A stretch of 64,000 bases of DNA, taken from NCBI GenBank assembly GCA_964276515.1, contig OZ193909.1, positions 18,290,001-18,354,000 on the forward strand, read 5' to 3'. This DNA comes from Gordius albopunctatus. Taxonomy: Eukaryota. This document shows positions 49,005 to 62,321 of this stretch, piece by piece. Positions within the stretch are counted from its first letter, which is position 1, and every line of letters starts with the position of its first letter. The notes beneath the pieces were generated by a model that did no database searches, had not been told where the DNA came from, and saw only the letters and a program-made list of their open reading frames with translations. The position numbers and the translations under genes were made by a program.

Positions 49005-52000
49005 TTTTTTAAGCTTTTTTTTAAATATAAATCTTTATTAGATGAAGTCTATATATAATAAAAATATAAAACACGATCAATAAATAGATAAAAGGCGTGG
49101 CTACTCTTCATCCTCATCGAAGGCCAGAAGCCAGGTGTCGGAAAATGCCTTATAGTTGTATTTGGTAGAGCTGTTAAGAACTAGTTCATTTTGAACTAGT
49201 TCATCGAACTAGTTCACTTTTGTCTGAACTTCGAACTGAACTAGTTACCTTTCCAAAAATTGAACTATGAACTTGAACTAGTTCCTTTTTTTTAAAGTTG
49301 AACTTGAACTTGAACTAGTTACTTTTTTAGTATTCTGAACTTGAACTTTACAATATAAATTAACTAGTTCATCGCACAAATTATTATTTAAAATGAATTT
49401 ATAAGCCGAGTTTGATTGTTTTATAAACAAGACGATTTATTAAACGCGCCTTTAAATATTTATAGAAAACTGCAATCGAACCTGTATTATTGTCAGTAAG
49501 AATCATTTGTTTAATTGGGATTTATTTTTAAAGATGGAAATTGATAGTGGTTCTACTTCTAATATATCTTCCGAAGTGGATAGTGTGAATGATGCAGCAT
49601 GTTCTGATCTACCCAACTCTTTACCTTGGCCTTCGATGGAAGATTATTTTAAATTCGTATCGTCTAATAAAAATTCAATCAAGGCCAGGTGTAAATTGTG
49701 TGTAGGTAAGAAGATTATTGCTGCATCAACAACATCAACAGCCAATCTATGGAGACATATAAAGGTAATAATTAATGAATGAGTATTCGTATAAATAATA
49801 TTCTAAAATTAGGTTTCTCATTCTCGTAAAGTTGATGAAATAAAAAGTGCAATTAAAAATAAACCTTGGAATTCTTGTGACCTTAAAAAGGAAAAATTTA
49901 AACAGATGGTTCTAGACCGCCCTATGGATAAACAGTCCACCCAAATGGCAATTATAAAATATATTATAAATGCCAATCAGCCATTTTCATTATGCGATGA
50001 TCAACATTTCAATGAATTATTGAGGACATTCAATCCCAAAATCAAAACCATATGTAGGCAAACCCTCACAGGAAGGGTAATGAAATTAGCTGGAAGAATG
50101 AAAGACATTCTTAGAACAAAATTGTTGGCCCCCAAATATGTCAGTACTAGAATTGTATAATTGCTGATTGAACTTACATTAAAAAACTAATTTTGGATAA
50201 GATAAAACGTTTTTCAACTGGATTAAATTTCTATAATATTAAAAAAATGAACTGAACTATGAACCGAACTTGTACTAGTTCATTTTGTAAAATTTGAACT
50301 AAGAACTGAACTAGTTCGTTTTTTTTTGGATGAACTTTAACTTGAACTAGTTACTTTTAAAAAAATATGAACTTGAACTAATTTATTTTTGCAAATTGAA
50401 CTATGAACTTGAACTAGTTCATATCTAAGATGAACTTTAACAGCTCTAGTATTTGGCTATTAAAATTCCTATTTTTTGGCGCAAAAGAAGGCTTGCGGAG
50501 TATTTTCCTTCGGGAGATCTCTTTCCTATCAATTTAAAAAAGGCTAATGACTGTTTGCCAAAAGTAGCGGAACAGGAAGCCACGATAGGGATAAAAATTT
50601 TAGAAGGGATTATATCACGGTATTTATTGGTTTTGCGTGTTTCCGCTAGAGCTAGTGGGTCAGCTTAATTGTTAGAGGGTGCAAATACGTTGATGCAGGT
50701 AAAGTCCCAAGATAGGAACTTACCATCATCCCATGGAATTGTGGATGTTCCATCGGGGCGCATTCTACTCTCAAGAGTGGGTTCTGATGGTTCGAGAATA
50801 GAAGGGAAGCCGGCTTTTAGTAAAGCGGTTTGAATCAAAAGATTGATCTTTTGATGGCGAATGAAACGGAATTTGTTGAGTTTACAATGTAAGGGGTGAT
50901 GGGCCCAAACATCAATTTGTTTCTTACAATTTTTACAAGTCAATTGCTTGCAAATTGGGATCCCCAGTCTCAAGGCGATCGCGTAAGTAATTTCGGGGTT
51001 TGAGAGTAAGAGCCCAGAGAACTTGCTCGGAATGCATTCCAGCCGTTCGTGACCAGAGTCAGTCGTTAGTGACCTGAGATTGAAGTGCTGTACGTCGTCA
51101 CAACTCGAAAGTAGGTAAGCGACGGAGCGTGACACTATACTGGCTGGCATCCCAGTCTCGTTGTTTGACTGAATTTGGAATAATGGTTCCTGGCATTACA
51201 TTTTCAAGCCATGATGTTAAAGCTGTTTGCGTTAAGAAATCTTCCGTATGGGTCGTCAATTTAAAAACGAGATCTTTCACTAAATTGTAAGACGAGAGAA
51301 AGGCAACTAGGCTAATGGTCAAGGGTGACCTTATTCCTAATCCTCCAAATTTAGTTGGAAGAGTGGCTTGTAACCAGCTAGTATCATTGAAAGATAAGTT
51401 TAGAATTTTTTCTAGGAGATTTTTAATTGTGGATTCGTATAATTTAAGGATATCTGTGTGTAAAAAAGCAGCAGCTGATCGAAAACAATGCTGAATCTTG
51501 GAAATATTAAAAAAGTTTTTTATCATAAAAAAAGCGTGATGTATTGGTAACAATTTTAAAAGTTCCATTTTTGAGGCCAAAAAGGCTAAATGTTTATTTA
51601 AAAAGTCTTGCAAGCACGGAGATCCGCCTATGGGTGAACCGAGCATAGAAAGGTTTTCCTTAGCCACGGTGGAATAAGGTTTAAAAATCGGGTATTGGTC
51701 ACAAGCAGGTGGTTGTAAAATTTCGCATTTGGCCTCGTTGAGCGTTAGGTTTAAGGGTACACATAAGTCTTTAATGATGGTGATGGCTTTGGCAACCTGA
51801 TCATAGCTGCCCGCCAGAGTCGCATCATCTAGGTACCATACATGTAATGATAGATCGCATTGTTCCTTAATTAGGTTAATAAGTTTCTTTATCCCGCAAC
51901 AAAATAATGGTGGCCCAAGGGGATCACCTTGTTGAAGGCCCTGAGCAGATTTGATTATAAAGGAGCCAAAATTTAAAAGGGATGGTGAGCCGTAGCTTTG

Positions 52001-52367
52001 TAAGATATAATTTGCATATTGGGGAAACTCTTCCAAAAAACTTTCCATAAAAACGTTTCTATTAAGCTGATTGAAGGCATTTGAGAAATCCAGTTTTATT
52101 AGACAGTGGTCGGGATGAAGGTTTTGTATTGTGATACGACCTGCGTGGCTTGCAGCTTCACACCCAAGCCTAATTAATGAGGTAAAAGGGAATTGGTCAA
52201 AGAGGATTTGATTCGTTTGCAAATTATTTTAGAGATTAAACGGCGAAATACGCTCCCAACGGCGATGGGTCTCAAGGAATTGTTAGGTTTTTTTAAAGCT
52301 AAAAGACGTGCCCCCAAGAGGACTGGTCTGATCTCTTGAGGAACATTGACATTTACAATTAAGTTAC
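49005..52367 (-). mobile_element. CRE-clade retrotransposon, duplicate of 11198-14560
   Basis: Identical ORFs 51098-52222 and 50665-51150. Confidence 0.92.
49166..50448 (+). mobile_element. hAT with BED finger, duplicate of 11359-12641
   Basis: Same TIR and TSD GTATTTGG. Confidence 0.96.
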
Positions 52368-52903
52368 TGTTAAGGAGTGATATTTATTCACGTAAACTAT
52401 TAGGAGTGTGATACAAAAACACGACGACAAAACAAGTGTCTTGGCGTATATATCCAACGCCTTTATATGTTACAACCAATTAACGCTAATTTGATCGCCA
52501 ACGCGCGTGTAAATAACATCAACACGCAGGTAACTATCGTATCCCTGGAGGCACTTTACCTCTCTACAGTTCCCCCCTTTTCACAAAGATAAGGCCTTAG
52601 GTAGCCTAGGGCCTGGGGGGTACACTCTTACCTGATAAAGGGCATCTAAATGTTGTGGGGCCATGTAATAAAAAGCAATTATTTTTGTTTATAGATATTT
52701 TCCTATTGCAGGAGGGACAGAGAGCTTTGATTAATGTCATAGTGATAATTTAGGTTATAAGGTGAAGAGTCTTACAGAGGATTTAATAAATCACTTTCTC
52801 TTTTCAGCATTTTAAGGAAACTTTTGTTTGAAATAAATGAATGTTCATAATTGGTTAAAGGTTCAAAGGATTCATCAAAGGTCATATTAAAACTTGTAAG
52901 GTA

Positions 52904-53346
52904 TTATTAGACACAAATCATTGAATTATTTTCTAGACCTGCTTGCTATTTGATTAATCATATTCAGTTGTTTTGCTGAGGTGATTCTATTAAAAGTCAA
53001 ACTTTGAGCTTTAGAAACGTTGTTAGTTTTATTTAATAAGAAATTTTGTAGATCATATAAAAAAGCATCTGTATTTAAATATCGCCTTTTTATAAGCAAA
53101 TGAGCATATGTGTAAAACATTGCTATGCTATAACCCTGATCTGGGTAGCTTTCCAGATGCAGACAAAGGTCCCGCGCCTAATGACCATTTGCGATAAAGA
53201 TAAGGAAAAAATTTATGATTAATATATCAATCTTATTATATTATTAAAACTATATAACAAATCGAATATTTAATAAATATTTATCAAATATATTATTTAT
53301 GGCTTAGATGTGCTATTAATCCAAATGCTTGCACTGGGAGACCTTT
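52904..53346 (+). pseudogene. Inverted ADAMTS-like fragment, duplicate of 15097-15539
   Basis: Same sequence at offset 37807. Confidence 0.92.
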
Positions 53347-53417
53347 TTGGTATTCTGCGATACCAACTGATAAAAAGGATATAGCAATTTATTCCAGGCA
53401 GCAAGGCTTTTATTTCT

Positions 53418-55817
53418 TGTAGGAGTAAAATGTTTCACGAGTAAAAATTACATGACTGATTATCTTTTTGTACACATAACGTTTATATAATTTATAAGGT
53501 GCATAATCATCATTATTGGAAAAATCGATAATGTTCATGGAAGATTTAATTCATCGATGCTCTTCCATGAAGATCGATTATTTTCTGGGAATTGACGGTA
53601 GTGACGTCAATGATAATGTTCATGGAAGATTTAATTCATCGATGCGCTTCCATGAAGAACGATTATTTTCTGGGAATTGACGACGTCACTACAGATACTC
53701 TCTTCCCACATATATTGATAATGTATCGATAAAAAAAATATATATATATAAATCATGTGCAATATTCGCGAAATTTCTTCGGCCAATGAACATGTCTACC
53801 CTTTCGTGTCACTATCTTTGTTTAACCTCTTCGGCTCCATCTGTTGATGGTGTTTGTGTTTTGTTGTTGCCAGAGAGGGGTGGGTCATCTGTATTAAAAT
53901 AACTCGGTTTCAGACGGTCTATCGAAACCGAATCCTTCTTGCCATTCTTCTCGATGATAAAATACTTGTGCTCGCGTTTCAAAACTTTGTAGGGGCCGTC
54001 GTAAGGTGCAGAGAGTGGCTTTCGAACCGCGTCGTTTCTCACGAAGACATGGAATGTTTCAAACAAATCGCGGCTAATTTGTTCTTTAGTTGTTCCGTGC
54101 CGTTTGGGTATAGGATATGGGATTTTTTTCATTATTTGTTTAAGTTTCTCTACGAAATGATTTACCTGTATCTTCGAGGGTTGCAGGGATTCAAGTTGTG
54201 AAAAATATTCTCCGGGGAGTCGTAGATTAGTTCCATAAATCATTTCTGCTGCTGTTAGACCTATATCTTCTTTAATTGTAGAACGTATACCAAGCAGTAC
54301 CAATGGTAGGGCTTTGTCCCATTTAATCTGCCCCATGGCCTTTAAAGAAGCTTTAAGTTGTCTATGAAATCTTTCGACTAGTCCATTAGCTGATGGATGA
54401 TATGCTGTGGTGTTAATGTGCTCACATCCTAGAATGTTAGATAATTCTTTGAATAGGTTAGACTGGAATTGGGAGCTTCTGTCTGTAGTGATCGTACTAG
54501 GGACTCCATAATTAGCAATTTTCCTGCTATTACCTGTTGCAAGACAGCACCCACTGCGGAATCTGAGGCGTCAGTGGTTAAGGTTATTTGGATATTAGGT
54601 CCCGTATCCAAAAAGGTTAAAGCAGTAAAATTACAAAGCGCAGCTTTTGCTCTTTGAAATGCTTTTACCTGATCCTCGTTTAAGAATATTGTCTTCTGTG
54701 GATTTTTTAACAGATCCGTCAAAGGTTGCAGAATGCGGGAAATTCCCGGCAAAAATCTTCGATAAAAGTTGATCATCCCCAAGAATCTCCTAAGTTTTTT
54801 ATTTGAACCCGGTATTGGAAAATCGGGAATGGCTTCAATCCTCTCTGCTAAAGGAGTGATACCTGCGGCGGTTATTTTGTGTCCCAGGAATTCTAGTTTA
54901 CGAACTCCAAATTTGCATTTTAAAGGATTAATTCTAAGGTTAAAATCATGCAAACGCTGTAGGACGGCTTTGAGATGATTTTTGTGTTCGTTTTCGGATG
55001 AACTGGTTATAAGGATGTCGTCAATGTAAGCGTATGTGCCGTCGAGACCTCGTAGAACTTCATCGATAAATCTTTGGAACGTTTGGGCTGCGTTTTTAAG
55101 GCCAAATGGCATCCTACGGAATTCATAAAGACCGAATGGTGTAGTAACTGCGGTCTTGCAGATGTCTTCGTCGGCCATTGGTATATGATGATAAGCCCTT
55201 ACCAAATCCAATTTACTAAAAATGGTTTTTCCGCATAAATTAGCCGTAAAATCATGAATATGTGGAATAGGGTACCGATCGGGAGTAGTTACTCTATTTA
55301 GACTCCTGTAGTCCCCACATGGTCTCCAATCTCCTGATTTTTTAATGGCTAGATGCAACGGTGATGCCCAGCTGCTTTCCGATTTTTGAATGATTCCTAA
55401 CTCGAGCATGAATTCAAATTCTTTTTTGGCAGCTTCCAGCTTGTCCGCTGCCAAACGCCTTGGCCTTGAATGTTGTGCCGGTCCCATTGTTGAGATATGA
55501 TGACTTATGTGGTGGTTGGGTAATTGGCAATTGAAATCGGCCGGTGCTATAAGTCGTGGGAATTCTTTTATTATCAGATCAAAATCGGAATGAGGTTGTA
55601 TATATCCTACACGAATTCCTGATGTATGATGGGGGGATGTTTGGCCTCTTGACGTTAGTTGAGTCGTTCCGTCAATCAACCTTTTGTTTTTAATATCTAC
55701 AATTATATTGTACCTGTGTAAAAAGTCCGCCCCGATAATAGGTGAGTAAACATCAGCGACTAGAAATATACATTGAAGTTCGCGTCTCAAACAAAGTCCA
55801 AATTTAGCAACTTTTGT
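53418..55817 (-). mobile_element. Ty3/Gypsy remnant, duplicate of 15611-18010
   Basis: ORFs 53812-54336 and 54429-55958; one R>P change. Confidence 0.93.
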
Positions 55818-56627
55818 TTTAGTGAAAGGAGGTTGTTCAAGTTTATCATAGATTTTTTCACAATAATTTTTAGCAGAATCTAAATGAATGTTAGTAAATA
55901 ATGACTGAATATCAAAGCTTACAAGTGAAAATGAAGTCGGTAAACTACAGTGTTTCAATCGATTAATTAGATCTAAAGAGTTTTTTTAAATTAATGGTGA
56001 AGATACACGTGGTTGCAATATTGATATAAGGTACATGTTTAGATTAAAATTGTGGGAGTTATAAGATGACACAATTGGTCTTAATAGAATTAAAGGTTTA
56101 TGAATTTTGCGTAACCCATAAATTTGAGGAGTGCGAGATGTGGACGGTCTTAACTTCCAGTATAACGAAGTGCTGATTTGGTTATCTTTTGAAAGATTTA
56201 ATAAAAAAGTTTGTAACTTTTTTTCCCTAGCATTAGTAGGGTTTCTTTTCAATTCTTTAAATAAAGTATTATCTTTTAAAATATCAAATATTTTTTTGTT
56301 ATAATCATCTGTGTTCAGAACTACTAGTTGACCGCCTTTGTCTGATTTACAAATTCTTATATTAACTTTAGATTTCAATCACTTAACAACTGAAAAAACT
56401 TCCTGATCTTTAATTAATTTCGATTTGTTAACTTTCAACGGGCAGTTATTATTTAAGGTGTTAGATAAAAAAGATTCTATTGAGTTTTTTAAATGTAAAT
56501 TGTCTGGATGTTGTTTGTCTATAGTGGTTAGAATGTTATTAAAGCTGTTCAATGTAGGTAGTAATTTGAGTTTATTGTTGTCAAGAAAGAATTTAGATCC
56601 AATATTAAGCAAATTGATAATGCTGGT
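55818..56627 (-). mobile_element. Penelope-like RT fragment, duplicate of 18011-18820
   Basis: Identical ORF translations. Confidence 0.88.
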
Positions 56628-56819
56628 TTATTCACATACACACACCTACCCCTATAATTACCTGTTACCATTATACACACCATATTGCCTTTTTTCTTTA
56701 CCCTATTGTTTCGTAACCACCTTGTTTACTACTTATGCCTTATTTTATAATTGCCATTGTTAATACTATTCTTATAATGGCTATTCGTTCATTTTTATAA
56801 TTCCTTTTGTATTTTACCT

Positions 56820-57039
56820 TATCCTTTATCTTAAAGTTGTTTACCCCACTATATCCTTTATCTTAAAGTTGTTTACCCCACTATATCCTTTATCTTAAAG
56901 TTGTTTACCCCACTATATCCTTTATCTTAAAGTTGTTTACCCCACTATATCCTTTATCTTAAAGTTGTTTACCCCACTATATCCTTTATCTTAAAGTTGT
57001 TTACCCCACTATATACTTTATCTTAAAGTTGTTTTTCCA
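56820..57039 (+). repeat. 32-bp minisatellite, duplicate
   Basis: Same 7 units. Confidence 0.95.
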
Positions 57040-58301
57040 CGCTATTTCAATAAGTGATAACTCTCTTGTTCCAACCAGTGTTCGCTATTATTCACCCTCC
57101 TGTTTCAACTGGTTTTTATTACTTTTGTTTTTGTAATAACTAAAAAAGTTTCAAAGTTATAATCAATGTTAATTAGTTATTATTAAACCCAAAAGATAAT
57201 GATTATTAAGGATTAAGGCTTACGTTATTAGGATTAAATTTATGGATATTTGTTCTTACCATATCTTTAATTTATTACTTCCGAATTTATCCTTTATTTA
57301 TGTATAATAATGCCCAAGAATCCGCGCGAATTAACAGCGAAGGTAATTATATATATTCGAAAAAAAGAATAAGAATATTAATTCTAACAAAGAAATATAT
57401 GCGGATTGATATCTATCGTGTGATGTATTACTCCGCGTTTACAAATAAATACGAGCTAAATAATGATGGGAATACTCGTATTAGAATCTCACTATAATAT
57501 ATCGCGTAGAGAGCAATAGGGGGAGAGGGACTACGCGTATACATTAAGATGCGTATACTTTAATAAATAAGAGAGAGATAATGTGGGGGTTTTGTGTGTG
57601 TGGGTTCACAGAATAAATGCCCTGTACGCTCCTTCAAGCATAATTGCCTTGCCCGCGCAGCTGGTCTTGCTACGCGTAATTAATCGTGGAGGTAGATTAG
57701 GGTGGAGGGAAGGAAATACTCATGTAGTAAGACTACAACAGTTTATAAATTAAATCTTGTCAAAACCTTATATATACCTTCATTTGTAATTTCTCTTCTC
57801 TTTTTAATTTAATTTCATCATCGGTTTCTTATTTGTAATTCACCTCACTTGTAATCTACTTTTTTTTAAATTATTGATAATGGTTGCTGGACGACCGAAA
57901 TATCTAAACCCATTTCCACCCTCTCATTTTATTATTTCATCATTACCATTATTGGAAACAAATTCTATATTATTCAAAAAATTGGTATTACATAATTATA
58001 TTTAGTATACAATGTTTATTGATCTTTATTGAAATCGTTAGATGTATTAAATTCATATATATAAACAATCTTTTTGCCACGATTCCATATTAAATGTATA
58101 TATATTATAAATTTGATTGTATAAAACGCTTATAAAATATTCGTCATTTGCAAAACATGCAGAAAAGTTATAAAAAATTTTGGTAGACAACGTATATAAA
58201 ATATGATGATCTATTTTATAAGTCTAATAAAGTTTTTCTATTTTTAGATGAGAAGTCGTACGATTCTAATTTTAAAATAATTATTTAAATCGATAAGTAG
58301 T

Positions 58302-61150
58302 TTATATATGCGTCAGGAAGTTCCGACAAGCTTTATCAACACATATGATAATGCCCCCTCTCTGTGAATTTGAAACACATACCATATTGAGATTTCTAGG
58401 GCGTTTGCTTAATCTTAAAACTTGACATCTTTCATCTATATTATAAATGTATGGTTTAATCTTTTTTTCAAATAATCTAAATACCTTTCATCCCTATGAA
58501 GTATCTATTGGATTCATCATAAGTGTAGAATTGATTGGGTAGTACAGATCGACAATTCTATAATAAATGAAGGTGTAAAAATTTTTATTGTTATCTTTAG
58601 ATAAAAATGCTGTGGGCCCATTATAAAAACTTATTTGATGATATATCTAAAAAACAATTGTATATAACGTATATTTATTTGTTCCATGTAACAACATAAC
58701 TATTGGCAACAATTGAAAAATACAGAAATTTTAATAAAGTTTGATTTTAACAAAAGCTGGACTTACTATCATATTTGCGCATGTGTCAACGTCCACCGAG
58801 CTGCATAAAACATAAATAATAAGAAATTTAAGAGAAAAAACGGATAAAAATTTATTATTAACAAAATAAAATTGACATTTGCAAAGAGAGAAGCATAAGA
58901 TACACGAGTTGTCTTACCTAAGTTGCAGGTTCAAATTTAATCCGTTTGATAAGCAGTACTGTAAACACCGTTTGTGAGTATTTGAAAAACTGGTAGTATG
59001 GCTACCTATTAATTTGTTTGAGGAAGTAGCGATATTTTTATTGTTGTAGGGGGAAGAATGTAAATTCTGAGTTGTTAGTTGATCAAAGGTCTCCCAGTGC
59101 AAGCATTTTGATTGATAGCACATCTAAGCCATAAATAATAAATTTGATAAATATTTATTAAATATTCGATTTGTTATATAGTTTTAATAATGTAATAAGA
59201 TTGATATATTAATCATAAATTTTTACCTTATCTTTACCGCAAATGGTACCATTAGGCGCGGGACCTTTGTCTGCATCTGGAAAGCTACCCACATCAGGGT
59301 TATAGCATAGCAATATTTTACACATATGCTCATTTGGCTATAAAAATGCAATATTTAAATACAGATGCTTTTTTATATGATCTACGAAATTTATTATTAA
59401 ATAAAAGTAACAATGTTTCTAAAGCTCAAAGTTTGACTTTTAATAGAATCACCTCAGCAAAACAACTAAATATGATTAATAAAATAGCAAGTAGGTCTAG
59501 AAAATAATTCAATGATTTGTGTCTAATAAATTTGCTTGCTAAAAATTTCACTTGAAATTGCAGTTACATAAGCTAATATATTATTAATTTTTCTTTAGAC
59601 TAAAAACAAGCATAAAATTGCATATTATACTTGCCGAGAATAGCTTCGATAATCAGATCCAAAACGGATTTGGCAAGCTGAATCTGGATGCAAGTTATAA
59701 TAGTGTTCATACAAAGTAGCATCCACTTTGGGAGGAGCTTCAAGTCTATAAGCATTCATATAATAGCTTCTATAACGATTGTTGCGAGATATGTTTACGC
59801 TGTTTGAAACATCATCATTTCTTATCAAACATCGTACTTTGTCTCTAATAAATTATATTTAATAAGCTTCTATATAGGATAAACATGTAAAAACCTATAA
59901 AATAAGTTGTTTATTACTCATTCTCTGTTACCCAGTATCAAACATAAGATTTACATGGTGTAAACAAATAATCTATAATATTGTAATGCCATATAACTAT
60001 CTGCCGCAGGCGAACTATGCCAAACTTTAACCAAACACGTTTTAAAGTAAGTCATACTATTCAATAATGTGTTTCAATAAATCTAGAGCTTTTTAACGTT
60101 CGCAAAAGCTCTTCGGTGTATCCTATTTATACAGACATAGATTTATCAACAATTGAATGCAAAAATATAGTGCAAAATTAATAATTCGTAATTTCTATTT
60201 TGTTATATTTTTAATAACGTGTTTTATCTTTGTTATTTAATGCCTAAAGTAATATTATAAATCAAATAAAGTCATAGCCTATCGCAATGAATCTCTTATA
60301 CGCGTTTGCGTAAACCTCTTCTTCTTATCAAAAACATTAGAGTTCATACTGCGTACGCGCTGTTTACTAACACATATCTCTCTCCCTTCACCTACTCTCC
60401 TCTCTTTCTCCTCCACTCACGCCCCCTTCATGTGTGCTTGGATAGATATGGGGGCGGGAGTGGAAGAGATGGAGAAGGGAGAGAGAGATGTGTTAGTAAA
60501 CAGCGCGTGTGTAGTATGCACTCTAATGTATTCCTTTTTCCAGACATAGTGGGACGAATTTTGATAAGGGGAAGGGGTTCACAAAGACGCAAATAAAGTT
60601 AAATATAGAGGTGTAACAAAAAAATAAATTAATGTACCTATAGATGAAATTTTAATCTACATGAATATATTACTATTTTTCACTAAATATTAAAAATACC
60701 GTGGCAATATAGCCTCAAAAAGGCTTAAAAAGGGCATTTTTGGCACCTTCAACCTCGTATATCTAAAAAACTGGTAATTGTAGAAAAAAACTAAAAACAG
60801 ATTATTTTTCAGTGCAAAATTTTCTATCAGAATTATTGGTCGGATTGCGGGATGTAATCACAAAGACAATATTTGTAGAGCTGTGTTATTAACTTCATTT
60901 AGAACCGACCTAAATTTAAGCCTTCTGGGGAACCATATAGGGACATGCTATTTAATAAATATATACCGCAAAGCAAATTATTCATAATTATTGAATCAAA
61001 AGAGATACAAATAAAAAGTTATTATACATTGAGTTGGCTAACAATTCGCGACTACATGCAGACCACTTTTTTTGACCTCCGTAGGCGGGTGCCATGAGGA
61101 AATTGTTGCCACGACATCTCCCATTTGCTCCGTCATGCGGTAAGCCAATG
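58302..61150 (-). CDS. ADAMTS-like metalloprotease, second copy, last 7 exons (5' part expected beyond the window)
   Basis: Exons 61028-61150, 59631-59844, 59227-59337, 58918-59123, 58767-58800, 58485-58557, 58302-58435; open, one N>K difference seen at 59838. Confidence 0.85.
60297..60597. mobile_element. Foldback/MITE, duplicate of 22490-22790
   Basis: Same inverted arms. Confidence 0.8.
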
Positions 61151-61256
61151 CTATCAGGAATCCAAAGTGAAATTAAAGTTGAAATAAACTTATGGTTAAT
61201 TGATCATTAAAAAATCGACAAATTCGTCTTTGCACAATTAAACTCTTTATAAAAAA

Positions 61257-62269
61257 CTAGATAAGCCCGGCAAACGTTGTTTTGCCATATACATTATGTC
61301 TGACAAATTAACTAACTTACTATAACTGGTTGGGGATATTTTTTGCAGAAGTTTTATCTAAATTGTAGTGTTATTTTTACAATCGATGGAAAGTAAACGT
61401 AAATAACTAATTGCAGGTAAAGAGTTTGTCGGGGAATGCAGGGGAGAGAAAACTTTTTATTTATTGTTTCCTGGGGGGTTGTTGATCTATCGGTTATATT
61501 TTCTTAACCACTCTTAAATAATACTTTTTTTATCATTCGCATCACTTTGTCATATATGGAAAAATTAAGACAGAATTAAGGTGGATAAATTTTAGCTTTA
61601 GCGCCATCTGTACATACTATAAAAAATGTTAAAAATATTTAAAAAAAAGTAAAAAATTTAAATAAGAAAATTTAAAACTACCAAATTTTTTTTTAAAAAC
61701 TCAACTAATAAAACTGGCAACAAAATTAATGAGCTGCCATTATTATCACATGGCCATAGAAGCATATAATTTATTTGGGGACACCACCTTGAAAATAAGA
61801 ACGTATTATATAAAAAATACAAATGTCACACGTATGGGGGCGATGTGGGATCAAATAAGTCAGACAAATTATCATAAGTAAATTGGTTTGTCTTATTATA
61901 TATACACTAAAAATAGCGGGTTCATAAAATCCATGACGTGATAAAATTCGTGCCCCATTTCAATATATAAAATGTATAAGTCTAATATTTATTTTTAATA
62001 ATATTAAATTAATCCTATAAATAAGTAATACATATTTCTACTTATATTCTAACTTTCCTGACGTCATTATTGTATATGATGCTCTTAACGAAACTGGCCG
62101 GGAAATGTCAGATATTTTTAAAACTAAAAGGAATTTTAGGATTCTGAAAAAGCTATTTTACCCCTGGCCGTCCTGGGCATCTACGGTTAAATTTTCGCGC
62201 GAATCGGGGCGGTAGTTTCAGAATTTAGATACACACATACATACATAGACTTTACTTTATATATATAGA
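61257..62269 (-). mobile_element. Non-autonomous Helitron, duplicate of 23450-24462
   Basis: Same TC/CTAG ends and hairpin. Confidence 0.85.
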
Positions 62270-62321
62270 TTAGATAATATGCTGATAGTAAGGAGTTATG
62301 TGATAATAAAAATGTTTTATC